64,000 nucleotides of DNA, from contig JAYFMW010000006.1 in assembly GCA_042408215.1 (NCBI GenBank), positions 288,001 to 352,000 on the forward strand, given 5' to 3'. Below, piece after piece: positions 30,234 to 40,722 of the stretch; the first letter of the stretch is position 1; each line of letters begins with the position of its first letter. The notes beneath the pieces were generated by a model. The model worked only from the letters and a program-made list of their open reading frames with translations, was not told the DNA's origin and ran no database searches. Made by a program: the position numbers and the translations under genes. Source of the stretch: Microcoleus sp. (GTDB lineage Bacteria > Cyanobacteriota > Cyanobacteriia > Cyanobacteriales > Microcoleaceae).

Positions 30234-30443
30234 CATTGGTCTCAACTTAAGCCTAAAATACTTGATAAATATCGCTTCTACCTAAGTATAGATCCCCCTA
30301 AATCCCCCTTAATAAGGGGGACTTTGAGAAAAATCTTGTTCCCCCCTTATTAAGGGGGAGTAGGGGGCAAGCTAAGGGGGGATCGAGCCCTAATTGTCAA
30401 ATAGCAGACTGGTAATACGTTTGACGTTCAGTTGAAACTAATG
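30234..30443 (+). mobile_element. IS4/IS231-like MITE in a REP (degenerate)
   Basis: CATTGGTCTCAACTTAA...TTCAGTTGAAACTAATG; flanks GGGTGAAAC / GGGTAAAAC followed by CCGCCCCTAC. Confidence 0.75.
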
Positions 30444-30519
30444 GGGTAAAACCCGCCCCTACCTATATTATAATAGAACGTAAGATTTACACAAAAACTT
30501 GCACAAGTCAAAAAAATCT

Positions 30520-31473
30520 ATGCAGCCAAAATATTCAACCCAAGATTTCTCTGCCATTTCGTCTATAAAATCACCAACGCTGTTTTACGAATGGAAAAAT
30601 TATCGCTGTGCTTATGATGTTTACAACCCAACTACTGCGACTGAAGATAGCATCCCTTTGTTATTAATCCATCCTATCGGAGTTGGTTTGTCAAGAGTAT
30701 TTTGGCAGAGATTTTGCGAAAGTTGGCACAAAGCAGGTAACAGCAATCCTATTTACAATCCTGACCTTTTGGGTTGTGGCGAATGCGAAATGCCGGCTGT
30801 AGCCTGCTATCCTGATGATTGGGCTGCACAGTTGCAGTTTTTCTTGGAAACTGTAGTGAAAAAACCTGCGATCGTCCTTGTGCAAGGTGCTTTACTATCA
30901 GTAGCCTTGGCTTTAGCAAAAATTGAGCAGGAAAGTCAATCAAACTTAATTCGCGGGCTAGTGTTAGCCGGGCCTCCCGCTTGGGCGGTGATCGACAAAC
31001 ATTCGACTGAAAGACAGCAAAGAATTGTCTGGAATCTGTTAGATTCTCCCTTGGGTAATGCTTTTTACCGCTACGCCAGACGTGCTGAATTTTTGCGTTC
31101 TTTTTCAATCAAACAACTGTTTGGCGATGCGGCGAAAGTTGACGGCGAATGGTTGGATGCTTTGCAAGCTGGGGCGGCAAATCCTGACAGCCGTCATGCG
31201 GTTTTCTCGTTTTTAGCTGGGTTTTGGCGACAGGATTATAGTAGCACGATTCAAAAGTGCGATCGCCCTGCACTCGTTATCATGGGAGAAAAAGCCTCCA
31301 GCATCAGTCAATCTGGTAAAGCAGAAAAACCGGAGGAAAGATTAGCACAATATTTAGCCAATTTTCCAAATGCGGAAGGTTTATTAATGCCGGGGCGCAA
31401 TGTTTTACCCTACGAATCAACCGCAGAATTTGTGAGTGCTGTCGCGGATTTTGTGAATAAGCAAAGTGAATAA
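30520..31473 (+). CDS. Alpha/beta fold hydrolase family protein
   Basis: LLIHPIGVG, PDLLGCG and GRNVLPYE motifs; the nucleophile site (VQGAL) is non-canonical. Confidence 0.8.
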   Translation: MQPKYSTQDFSAISSIKSPTLFYEWKNYRCAYDVYNPTTATEDSIPLLLIHPIGVGLSRVFWQRFCESWHKAGNSNPIYNPDLLGCGECEMPAVACYPDDWAAQLQFFLETVVKKPAIVLVQGALLSVALALAKIEQESQSNLIRGLVLAGPPAWAVIDKHSTERQQRIVWNLLDSPLGNAFYRYARRAEFLRSFSIKQLFGDAAKVDGEWLDALQAGAANPDSRHAVFSFLAGFWRQDYSSTIQKCDRPALVIMGEKASSISQSGKAEKPEERLAQYLANFPNAEGLLMPGRNVLPYESTAEFVSAVADFVNKQSE

Positions 31474-31478
31474 GCAAA

Positions 31479-31816
31479 GTTTAGAATTCGGCGGTTGAAA
31501 CCGCGTCTACACAAACAAAGTCTGCCTCCGCAGACTAAGAAATTAGGATATAATTAAACAAAAGTATACTCAACTCGGTTTTGTCATGAGCGATCGCAAA
31601 ATCATGACGATTGAACCAGGTAAACGCGGTGGAAAGCCTTGCATCAGGCGAATGCGAATTACCCTGTATGATGTGTTGGGTTGGCTGGCTGTGGGAATGT
31701 CTCATGCAGAGATTCTGGACGATTTTCCAGAGTTGACAGAGGAAGACATTAGAGCGTGTTTAGAATTCGGCGGTTGAAACCGCGTCTACACAAACGAAGT
31801 CTGCCTCCGCAGACTA
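31479..31816 (+). repeat. 59-bp direct repeats at 31479-31537 and 31758-31816 flanking the DUF433 gene
   Basis: GTTTAGAATTCGGCGGTTGAAACCGCGTCTACACAAAC(A/G)AAGTCTGCCTCCGCAGACTA; a related copy lies at ~14807-14856. Confidence 0.9.
31586..31777 (+). CDS. DUF433 protein (putative antitoxin), probably 3'-truncated
   Basis: TIEPGKRGGKPCIRRMRI...EILDDFPELTEEDIRACL; the stop lies inside the repeat. Confidence 0.85.
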   Translation: MSDRKIMTIEPGKRGGKPCIRRMRITLYDVLGWLAVGMSHAEILDDFPELTEEDIRACLEFGG

Positions 31817-31827
31817 TGAATTAGATT

Positions 31828-33399
31828 TCAACTGCGATGCCAGATAGTAGTACCATCCTTTTGATCGATCAGAGTAATGCCCCGATCCTTAAGTTCGTTG
31901 CGAATGCGATCGCCCTCAGCAAAATTCTTCGCTTTCCGGGCATCTTTCCGCTGCTGAATCAAACCCTCAATCTCCCCATCCGTCAAACCACCAACCGAGA
32001 TTTCCGTCTCAGATTCCGGCTGAACTTCCAAACCCAAAACCGCCGCCAAACTAACCAATGTCACCCACTTTTGCTGTATCAATTCCGCAGCAGTTTCAGT
32101 TTTACCTTGATGCACCAAAACATTGCCTTCCTTGCCCAATTCCTTAGCCAATTCAAACAGCACAGTCAAAGCACCAGGAGTATTAAAATCATCATCCATA
32201 GCTGCTTGAAAATGCTGCACCAATGTGCTATTTTGTCCAGTAAATTTATCTATTTTCTCAACATCCCAACCCAATTTAGATCCATGTTGACTGCCAAAAA
32301 GTAAGCCTTCCTTAAGAGTATGCCAGCCATTTTTAGCACTAGCGATCGCCTCTTCGGTAAAATCAATTTGACTGCGGTACTGCGCCATTAATACAAATAG
32401 CCTCACCGCCATCGGTTCCACCGCTTTTGCATTCTCGCTTCCCTCCTTCTTACTCCCCCCCTGCGTAGGGGCGGTGCCCCCGTGCCCGCCCTGGGCTGCG
32501 GGGGGGTTAGATTCAATATCGCTCGACCAATTCCCATCCAACAAATCGCGAATTGTAATAAAATTGTGCAAAGACTTAGACATCTTTTTGCCGTTGACAG
32601 TCACAAAAGCATTGTGCATCCAATAATTAGCAAGGGACTTCCCCGTCACCGCTTCAGATTGAGCAATTTCGTTCTCGTGGTGGGGAAAAGTTAAATCGGA
32701 ACCGCCACAGTGAATGTCAATAGTTTCGCCCAAGCAATCGCGCACCATTGCCGAACATTCAATGTGCCATCCAGGGCGACCATTTCCCCACGGTGACTCC
32801 CAAGCAGGTTCACCGGGTTTAGCGCTTTTCCACAGGGCAAAATCAGACGGATCTCGCTTTTTTTGAGCTTCTATTTCTTCGGTTTCTAATCTACCGCTAG
32901 CCCCAGCCTGCATTTCTTCCAACTTGCGGCCGGAAAGTTTTCCGTATTCGGAAAACTGCCTAACGTTGTAGTAAACGTCGCCGCCAGACGCATAAGCATA
33001 GCCTTTATTTTCTAACTCGTGAATTAGCCTTTTTATGCCGTCCATTGTGTGAGTTGCGCGGGGATATTCATCGGCCCTAAGAATATTTAGCTTGTCCATA
33101 TCTGCAAAATATTCATCTATGAAGCGTTCCGCCACGGCTTCCATTGTGGAATTAGTTTCGCGGGCGCGGTTGAGAATTTTGTCGTCAATATCTGTAAAAT
33201 TCTGCACGTAGCGGACATCAAATCCGCGCCACATCAGATAGCGGCGCACCATGTCCCACACAATGTAAGCGCGGGCGTGGCCGACGTGGCAGTAATCGTA
33301 TACCGTAACACCGCAGCAGTACATCCGCACCTTTCCTGGTTCGAGGGGCTCAAAAGGTGATTCGCGACGGGTCAAGCTGTTGTAAAGCGTTAGGGGCAT
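31828..33399 (-). CDS. cysS: Cysteine--tRNA ligase
   Basis: [38 protein letters not shown]. Confidence 0.98.
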   Translation of the reverse strand: MPLTLYNSLTRRESPFEPLEPGKVRMYCCGVTVYDYCHVGHARAYIVWDMVRRYLMWRGFDVRYVQNFTDIDDKILNRARETNSTMEAVAERFIDEYFADMDKLNILRADEYPRATHTMDGIKRLIHELENKGYAYASGGDVYYNVRQFSEYGKLSGRKLEEMQAGASGRLETEEIEAQKKRDPSDFALWKSAKPGEPAWESPWGNGRPGWHIECSAMVRDCLGETIDIHCGGSDLTFPHHENEIAQSEAVTGKSLANYWMHNAFVTVNGKKMSKSLHNFITIRDLLDGNWSSDIESNPPAAQGGHGGTAPTQGGSKKEGSENAKAVEPMAVRLFVLMAQYRSQIDFTEEAIASAKNGWHTLKEGLLFGSQHGSKLGWDVEKIDKFTGQNSTLVQHFQAAMDDDFNTPGALTVLFELAKELGKEGNVLVHQGKTETAAELIQQKWVTLVSLAAVLGLEVQPESETEISVGGLTDGEIEGLIQQRKDARKAKNFAEGDRIRNELKDRGITLIDQKDGTTIWHRS

Positions 33400-34351
33400 G
33401 GGATTTGAGATTTGGGATTGATGTACTGCTCTAATTTATTATATTGCTGTTGGTGAATCTTTCGGTGTCACTACCAAACATCTGTTATTCAAACTCCTAA
33501 ATTTTCTTTACTCTAATGTTCAAAAAGTGTTTCTAGCGATCGCAATTCTGACTCCGTAAAATGTGATTAATGCTTTTCACCTTCACTCCTCCAGCAGACA
33601 CAGCCGAAAGTTTTCCAGTTTGTGATGTGCCCCAAGATACAGTATTCCAGGTTTACGAAGTAGGTCACCAGACAATCGTGTCCCTACGGCGGGGATCGAT
33701 CGCGCGGTGTCCTTCATCAACGTGGAATCTGCTGTATATCTATTCTCAACGATCGCCCGCCCTTCCCCAGACTCATCAAAAAGCCCGTGAAACCCAGCTA
33801 TCCCGTGGGGAATCACCCACTGTCGCCAATATGTCACCAAATCTTGACATCCGTTTCAACACCGCTCCCCAAATTGCCAGAATGTCAATATTCCCTGACA
33901 TATTGATCCCCAAAATCACGAAAATGCGTATAAGTACCCATAATTTAGGGAAAAGACCTCTTGACCAGACGGCAAATTGTCTGCAAGACTAAATCATGAC
34001 AAAGCGATCCCAAAGAAATGTTGTGATTAAGCATTTCTATAAGTCAAGTAGCGTGGGATCTGCGCTCAACAGCGTTGTAGTATCGATCGCACTTACTAAA
34101 TCGATCTGGTCAGTCAAGAATCGGGGAAAAAGCTTTAGTTAGACCGGATGTAGCGCGCCGAAGCCAACAAGTTATAGCCCCCGCATTGGGGACTTAACTA
34201 AGTGAAAACAATCCAGGCTTCACAGGTGAGAGAGATGCGGAAGCTCTAGCATATTTGCAATTAAAAGAGTTTCGTTTCTCACTCATGTCAACACCATTGG
34301 TGTTACGAGACAAACCTAACCCGCCATCCAAAATTAGTGGAGAACAAATTT

Positions 34352-35614
34352 ATGGTCAAAGAACGTCCACCATTAGAAGATATGACTTTGCGCCAACTAC
34401 GCAGAGTTGCTAGTGAATGTGGAGTTTCTCGCTACAGCCGGATGCGTAAGTCGCAACTCCTGGCATCTATTCAAGAAATTCAACTTACCAAATTTACATA
34501 CAGTCCATCTCGTAAATTAGAGGCACAAGAAACAGTGGAAGCAGCAAAATTTGAACTAGGTCAAGAAGATCAAACAGGCGGTCCTCTATCGTCTGTCGAT
34601 GAAGGTTTAGCAGATTTGCCCAATGGGTATGGCGAAAGCCGCGTGGTGTTGATGCCCCGTGACCCCGAATGGGCTTACACATACTGGGATATTCCTAACG
34701 ATCGCAAAGAAGAAATGCGCCGCCAAGGTGGACAGCAACTCGCCCTGCGGATCTACGACGTTACAGATGTTAACCTCGACACTCAAAGCCCGCACAGCAT
34801 TCAAGAATATCCCTGCGACGAACTGGCCCGGGAATGGTACGTGCCAATCCCAGTGAGCGATCGGGATTATGCGATCGACATCGGCTACCGATGCGCCGAC
34901 GGACGCTGGTTGGTATTAGCGCGATCGGCCGAAGTCCGCGTCCCGCCCATCTATCCCAGCGACTGGATCGAAGACCAATTCATCACCCTCGACTGGGAAG
35001 AAGACTTACGCGGCAAAACCTTCGCCGAACTGGTTCCTCCAGCCAAGAAAATCGCTGCATCAGCAGTCGGCGCTTACAGCACCGGTAACGCGATCTACGA
35101 ACAAATCTTCGGCCTGGCCGAATCCGCCGAAGCCCTGCGCGTAGCTGGTTCCATCTTCGGTTCCATGCAACACGTCGCCGGTTCGATCCAACAAGTCGGC
35201 ATCCACGAACAAGCTATCAGTTCCTACGTCTTCCCTTCCGGCGTTGGAATGTGGGCAGTTCCCACCATGTCCGGCCTCACGATGTCCGGTGCGGGTATGT
35301 CTATGTCTGGAGTTGGCTTCGCCGCCCCGATGCGCCCGCGTCAGTTCTGGTTAGTTGCTGATGCCGAACTGATCGTCTACGGTGCCACTGAACCCGACGC
35401 GAAAGTCTATGTGGGCGGACAGCCGATCAAACTCAATGCTGACGGAACTTTCCGCTTCCAGATGTCTTTCCAAGATGGCTTAATCGACTATCCGATTTTT
35501 GCAGTAGCCGCAGACGGCGAACAAAACCGCGCCATCCACATGAAATTCGAGCGCGAAACCCCTGAACGTCGCACAAATACTAAAGAAGATGCTGTTGTTG
35601 AATGGCTTGGCTAA
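34352..35614 (+). CDS. DUF4912 domain protein with a Rho-N-like N-terminus
   Basis: MTLRQLRRVA...YSRMRKSQL; LMPRDPEWAYTYWD; FWLVADAELIVYGATEP. Confidence 0.88.
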   Translation: MVKERPPLEDMTLRQLRRVASECGVSRYSRMRKSQLLASIQEIQLTKFTYSPSRKLEAQETVEAAKFELGQEDQTGGPLSSVDEGLADLPNGYGESRVVLMPRDPEWAYTYWDIPNDRKEEMRRQGGQQLALRIYDVTDVNLDTQSPHSIQEYPCDELAREWYVPIPVSDRDYAIDIGYRCADGRWLVLARSAEVRVPPIYPSDWIEDQFITLDWEEDLRGKTFAELVPPAKKIAASAVGAYSTGNAIYEQIFGLAESAEALRVAGSIFGSMQHVAGSIQQVGIHEQAISSYVFPSGVGMWAVPTMSGLTMSGAGMSMSGVGFAAPMRPRQFWLVADAELIVYGATEPDAKVYVGGQPIKLNADGTFRFQMSFQDGLIDYPIFAVAADGEQNRAIHMKFERETPERRTNTKEDAVVEWLG

Positions 35615-35745
35615 CAGCAATGGTCGATCGATCGGGGGGCGATCCCGCAGGTTTGTGCCAATTTTTTAACCATCACAAGGCTTAACCCGGACATCTGATG
35701 ATTTGCTAGGGTTAATCCCAGACAACAACCCATAACACCCCCTAT

Positions 35746-35780
35746 ACACCGTTCTCCTGTTTTGAGGAGCGGTGTTTTTT
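35746..35780 (+). terminator. Probable intrinsic terminator
   Basis: ACACCGTTCTCC-loop-GGAGCGGTGT followed by a T-run, downstream of the DUF4912 gene. Confidence 0.7.
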
Positions 35781-35888
35781 GTATCCAGAAACAATCTACG
35801 GGTAGGGACGTGCCGATTCGTGTCAACAACCAGGCTTAAATTCATCATAAATCTCGCTTGTAGTCGAGTCTCGATCCCCCCTAGCCCC

Positions 35889-36044
35889 CAGGGCGGTTTC
35901 ATTCTCGGAAAAACCGCGATTTTGTAGGGGTAGTGCGACCCCTACTCCCCGTGCCTACCCCCCTTACCAACCATCGAATGAGCATTTCAGGCCTCTGGGC
36001 GGGCACTCTTGGCACCGCCCCTACAAGAGAATGAAACCGCCCTG
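35889..36044. mobile_element. ISAs1-like MITE
   Basis: Perfect 18-bp TIRs CAGGGCGGTTTCATTCTC / GAGAATGAAACCGCCCTG; 10-bp duplication CCCTAGCCCC; internal GTAG-REP pair. Confidence 0.85.
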
Positions 36045-36099
36045 CCCTAGCCCCCCTTCTTAAGGGGGGGACAAGAGCAACGGAGGACACGGCAGTGCC

Positions 36100-36805
36100 C
36101 ATAGGTGTCAACAATCGCCTAAAACCCATAATAAATGTCGCTTTTAGGCGAAGTCTAGATCCCCCTAAATCCCCCTTAAGAAGGGGGACTTTGATCGAAC
36201 TCTTATCCCCCCCTTCTTAAGGGGGGTTAGGGGGGATCTGGGACTAATGGTCAAACAGCAATCTGTGACTGGGTTTAACGTTAAGTTGACACCAATAGGC
36301 AGTGCCGTGTCCCTACGATTATTTTGGGGTAGGGAAACGGCACTGCCCATAGGTGTCAACTTAAGCCTGAAACCCTTGGTATCTCTTGCTTTTACCTAAG
36401 TCTAGATCCCCCTAAATCCCCCTTAAGAAGGGGGACTTTGAGAAGACTCCTGTCCCCCCCTTCTTAAGGGGGAGTAGGGGGCAAGAATGCGGGGGGATCT
36501 AGATTTAATAGTCAAACAGCAGTCTCTGACTGGGTTTGAGCTTAAGTTGACACCAATGGGCACTGCCGTGTCCCTACGATTATTTTGGGGTAGGGAAACG
36601 GCACTGCCCATAGGTGTCAACTTAAGCCTGAAACCCTTGGTATCTCTTGCTTTTACCTAAGTCTAGATCCCCCTAAATCCCCCTTAAGAAGGGGGACTTT
36701 GAGAAGACTCCTGTCCCCCCCTTCTTAAGGGGGGCTAGGGGGGATCTAGATTTAATAGTCAAACAGCAGTCTCTGACTGGGTTTGAGCTTAAGTTGACAC
36801 CAATG
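36100..36805 (+). mobile_element. Three tandem IS4/IS231-like MITEs (36100-36297, 36348-36558, 36609-36805), each inside a REP
   Basis: TIRs CATAGGTGTCAAC... / ...GTTGACACCAAT(G/A); 9-bp direct duplications GGCAGTGCC or GGCACTGCC. Confidence 0.88.
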
Positions 36806-36986
36806 GGCACTGCCGTGTCCTGATTATGGGTAATATTAATTCCGATGCAACCAGATTTGATATTAGGGCGATCGGAAGGACTGTGGACTATCTCAATATC
36901 TATCTGTAGATAGATGTTTATTTAACTCCCAAAACAACTACTTAAATCCTCTTTTGCACTCTGCACTCCCGCATTATTAAGTAAGC

Positions 36987-37000
36987 TTAAGTTAACTTAA
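36987..37000. promoter_or_regulatory. Perfect palindrome TTAAGTTAACTTAA upstream of the sugar ABC operon, possible operator
   Basis: A 14-bp palindrome about 215 bp before the start codon; AT-rich, so it could be chance. Confidence 0.3.
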
Positions 37001-37214
37001 ATTTTTATTACACAAACTCGCTAAAACCCGCGAAACAACAGAAAGCGAGTTATCAGAGAAGTATAGCCTTTCTCAGGTAAATTAGGTGCTCATGGGCCTA
37101 GGGCCTAGGGCCTAGGGCATTGGTGGTTCCTTTTCCCGATCCGATCAGAATACAGAATCAATATTCTACCTTCTTCCTTCTTCCTTCAACATCCGCTATA
37201 TTTCTCAAAACCTC

Positions 37215-38534
37215 ATGCAAACAATCAACTCCCCGCCTTCATTTCGGCGGCAAAAGCGATCGACTTTGTTAGCGTTATTCGCCCTCACCCTAGCCGCCGT
37301 CTTGTTCCTATTTATCCTCCCAGCCCTCACCCAGCAACCAGTCGTACTGACAATGTTAATGCAGGGGCAAGACATTGTGAACTGGAAGCCCTTCGTCAAA
37401 GAATTTGAACAAAAAAACCCAGACATTCGCATCAACCTCATAGAAGGGCCATTCGATAGCAACCTCGTAGAAAATCTTTACACATCTGCCTTTTTGTTAG
37501 GCGATTCGCCCTACGACATCATCAACATGGATATTGTCTGGGTTCCCAAATTTGCAGCCGCCGGGTGGGTGCTCGATTTAACAAACAAAATTTCCCCCCA
37601 ACAACTCTCAAAATTTATCAAAGGTAACGTCGAAGGCGGGCGGTATCGAGGCAAACTTTACCGCATTCCCCACGCTTCCGATGCCGGAATGTTCTATTAC
37701 CGCAAAGACATTTTAGAGCAAGCTGGAATTAAACCACCCCAAACTTTTGAAGAGATGTTTACCATCTCTCAAAACTTGCAAAAACAGGGAAAAACTACAT
37801 GGGGTTATTTGTGGCAAGGCAAACAATATGAGGGAGTATCTGCGATGTTTGTCGAGGTACTAGCTGGCTTCGGTGGCTTTTGGGCAAACCCTCAAACTTT
37901 TGAAGTTGGGTTAGATAAACCGGAGGCAATTAAAGCGGTTGAATTTCTGAAAAATACGATCGCATCTGGCATTTCTCCTGCTGGTGTCACCACCTACGGC
38001 GAAGAAGAAACCAGGCTGTTGTTTCAAAGTGGTCGATCGCTGTTTTTGCGGAACTGGCCCTATGTTTGGAAGCTAGCAAATACGGCAGGATCGAAAGTTA
38101 AAGGCAAAATTGCGATCGCACCAATGCTCAGCAGTGTCGGTCAACAAGGCGGTTCCTGTTTGGGCGGCTGGGGCTGGGGAATTGCCAAAACCTCAAAACA
38201 TCCAGAACAAGCATGGAGAGCAATTAAATACCTTACCAGCGAGGAAACCCAGCGCAAATTTATTTTAGAAACCGGGTTAGTTCCCAGTTACAAATCTCTG
38301 TTTGTAGATCCAAAAATTGTCACCAAATATCCCCACTACCCGCAACTTCTCAAAGTAGTAGAACAGTCAGCTTTGCGCCCTGCCATCGCTCAATATGCTC
38401 AAGCTTCAGATATTTTGCAAAGATATTTGAGTGCAGCTTTTACCGGAAAGATGAGTTCAGAAAAAGCCATGACAACTGCTGCTAGCGAAACTCGCAATTT
38501 ATTAGGCAGTTTGAAACCAGCCAAAGTTTCATAA
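37215..38534 (+). CDS. Sugar ABC transporter substrate-binding protein (trehalose/maltose/sucrose-like)
   Basis: DIVWVPKFA, WQGKQYEG, FLRNWPY and LGGWG motifs. Confidence 0.9.
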   Translation: MQTINSPPSFRRQKRSTLLALFALTLAAVLFLFILPALTQQPVVLTMLMQGQDIVNWKPFVKEFEQKNPDIRINLIEGPFDSNLVENLYTSAFLLGDSPYDIINMDIVWVPKFAAAGWVLDLTNKISPQQLSKFIKGNVEGGRYRGKLYRIPHASDAGMFYYRKDILEQAGIKPPQTFEEMFTISQNLQKQGKTTWGYLWQGKQYEGVSAMFVEVLAGFGGFWANPQTFEVGLDKPEAIKAVEFLKNTIASGISPAGVTTYGEEETRLLFQSGRSLFLRNWPYVWKLANTAGSKVKGKIAIAPMLSSVGQQGGSCLGGWGWGIAKTSKHPEQAWRAIKYLTSEETQRKFILETGLVPSYKSLFVDPKIVTKYPHYPQLLKVVEQSALRPAIAQYAQASDILQRYLSAAFTGKMSSEKAMTTAASETRNLLGSLKPAKVS

Positions 38535-38539
38535 CTTCT

Positions 38540-38776
38540 CGATCCCCCCTAACCCCCCTTAATAAGGGGGGACTGGAACATTCAAAGTCTTCTTTAAAAA
38601 GGGGAGAACTGGAACGTTCAAAGTCAACCCCTACTCCCCTTATTAAGGGGGATTTAGGGGGATCGCGCAGTCGCCTACAAGCGAAAAAAAAGGGGAGAAC
38701 TGGAACGTTCAAAGTCAACCCCTACTCCCCTTATTAAGGGGGATTTAGGGGGATCGCGCAGTCGCCTACAAGCGAA
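38540..38776. repeat. Palindromic-core repeat with an internal ~90-bp duplication
   Basis: GATCCCCCTAACCCCCCTTAATAAGGGGGG...AAGGGGGATTTAGGGGGATC, with the 3' part duplicated. Confidence 0.8.
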
Positions 38777-38815
38777 AGATACAAATTCCCCTGATTAATA
38801 TCAAACGATAAAAAA

Positions 38816-39730
38816 GTGAAAAATATGACAGACACAATGCGACAGCGCGAACAAAGAACCGGATGGATATTAGTAACCCCAGCTTTAATAATCCTGCTGC
38901 TAGTATTTGCTTACCCAATCTTGCGCGCTTTTTGGTTAAGTTTATTCACCCAAAACCTCGGTACTGAATTGAAACTGGTTTTTTCCGGTTTTGCTAATTA
39001 CAGCCGAATGTTAGGCGACGGGCGTTTCTGGCAAACTTTGAGCAACACAACAGTATTTACCGTTGCTTCTGTGGTGATGGAATTAATTCTCGGTATGGGA
39101 ATTGCCTTAGTATTAAATCAATCTTTCCCTGGGCGCGGGATTGTGCGGACAATTTCTCTGCTACCTTGGGCACTGCCAACTGCATTGATGGGAGTAGCTT
39201 GGGCATGGGTTTTTAACGATCAATATGGCGTAGTTAACGACATTTTGATGCGTTTGGGATTGATTCAAAATAGCATTAATTGGCTGGGAGATCCGACTTT
39301 GGCAATGATGGCAGTTATTACAGCAGATGTCTGGAAAACTACGCCGTTTGTCAGCTTGCTTTTATTAGCTGGATTGCAATCAATTCCCGCTGATTTGTAT
39401 GAAGCTCACGCCATTGATGGTGCTAGTAAATGGCAAAGTTTTCGTCAAGTTACCTTGCCGCTGCTAATGCCGCAAATTGTGATTGCTTTGCTATTTCGAT
39501 TTGCTCAATCTTTCGGCATTTTTGACTTGATTCAGGTGATGACAGGAGGGGGACCAGCCGGGGGGACGGAGACGGTTTCTATCTACATTTACAGCACGGT
39601 AATGAGATATTTAGACTTTGGTTACGGGGCGGCTTTGGTGGTGTGTACTTTTTTGTTGTTAGTAGCAGCAGTTGCGATCGCAGCTTACTTATTATCGAGA
39701 TACCGCGTCAATACAAACGGAGAAAATTAA
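38816..39730 (+). CDS. Sugar ABC transporter permease
   Basis: DVWKTTPF, LYEAHAIDGA (EAA-like loop), MTGGGP. Confidence 0.93.
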   Translation: MKNMTDTMRQREQRTGWILVTPALIILLLVFAYPILRAFWLSLFTQNLGTELKLVFSGFANYSRMLGDGRFWQTLSNTTVFTVASVVMELILGMGIALVLNQSFPGRGIVRTISLLPWALPTALMGVAWAWVFNDQYGVVNDILMRLGLIQNSINWLGDPTLAMMAVITADVWKTTPFVSLLLLAGLQSIPADLYEAHAIDGASKWQSFRQVTLPLLMPQIVIALLFRFAQSFGIFDLIQVMTGGGPAGGTETVSIYIYSTVMRYLDFGYGAALVVCTFLLLVAAVAIAAYLLSRYRVNTNGEN

Positions 39731-39733
39731 ATT

Positions 39734-40597
39734 ATGTCCATAGCCCGCGAACAACCTACTCAAAAGCCTTTTCACATCCGGCAATTAATTGTCCCCATAT
39801 CGGCGCTGTTAATTGCCGCATATTTTCTCGCACCTATTATCTGGCAGGTGCTGACTTCTTTCAAAGTAAATGCAGATATTGCTGCTATTCCCAACGTCTA
39901 CATTCCCAAGCAAATTACTTTCGAGCATTACCTGTCTTTATTCCGCCGTCGCCCCTTTGCACTCTACATTTTAAATAGCGCTTTTGTGTCCATTACTTCT
40001 ACACTCTTGTGTTTGGCAGTAGGATCACCCGCAGCTTATGCTTTGGCGAGATTGCGACTGTGGGGCGAGAGAATTATGCTGGCAACTATTACGATTGTGA
40101 CGCTATTTCCAGCGGTGCTGCTATTTTTAGGACTGTTGGAAATTGTCAAAGCGTTAAATTTAGGCAATAATTATTTAGCCTTAATTATTCCTGACACTGC
40201 TATCAATTTGCCGCTGACTATTTTAGTGATGCGGAGTTTCTTTCAGCAGTTGCCAAAAGATTTGGAAGATGCGGCTAAGGTGGATGGATATAACACTTTT
40301 CAAATGCTGTGGCAGATTGTGCTGCCGATGACATTTCCGGCTTTAGTCACGACTGGAATTCTGACGTTTATTTCTGCTTGGAACGAGTTTATTTTTGCAC
40401 TGACATTTATGACTCGCGAATCTCTGAAAACTATTCCTGTAGCAACGGCTCAACTCAGTGGTGTGTCGGTATTTGAGATTCCCTATGGTCCGATCGCCGC
40501 CGCCACCGTGTTAGGAACATTACCCTTAGTTTTCCTAGTTTTAGTGTTCCAGCGGCGCATCGTTCAAGGTTTAACTGCGGGTGCAGTAAAAGGATAG
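39734..40597 (+). CDS. Sugar ABC transporter permease
   Basis: LEDAAKVDG, AWNEF, GLTAGAVKG. Confidence 0.93.
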   Translation: MSIAREQPTQKPFHIRQLIVPISALLIAAYFLAPIIWQVLTSFKVNADIAAIPNVYIPKQITFEHYLSLFRRRPFALYILNSAFVSITSTLLCLAVGSPAAYALARLRLWGERIMLATITIVTLFPAVLLFLGLLEIVKALNLGNNYLALIIPDTAINLPLTILVMRSFFQQLPKDLEDAAKVDGYNTFQMLWQIVLPMTFPALVTTGILTFISAWNEFIFALTFMTRESLKTIPVATAQLSGVSVFEIPYGPIAAATVLGTLPLVFLVLVFQRRIVQGLTAGAVKG

Positions 40598-40722
40598 TCA
40601 TTAGTCATTAGTCATTAGTCATTAGTCAAGAACATTAATCCGTATATCCGTGTTTATCCATATCGTATTGTTCTTACCAATTCCCAATTCCCAATTCCCC
40701 ATTACCAATTCCCCATTCCATT

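Noticed and set aside
34140..34245. Glycine riboswitch (CGCCGAAG...CAGGT)
   Set aside because: Other conserved elements are missing and the downstream gene is unrelated.
35611..36620. Small ORFs in the repeat cluster (also 17665-18030, 27752-27974, 63017-63426)
   Set aside because: Translations of repeats with no protein signal.
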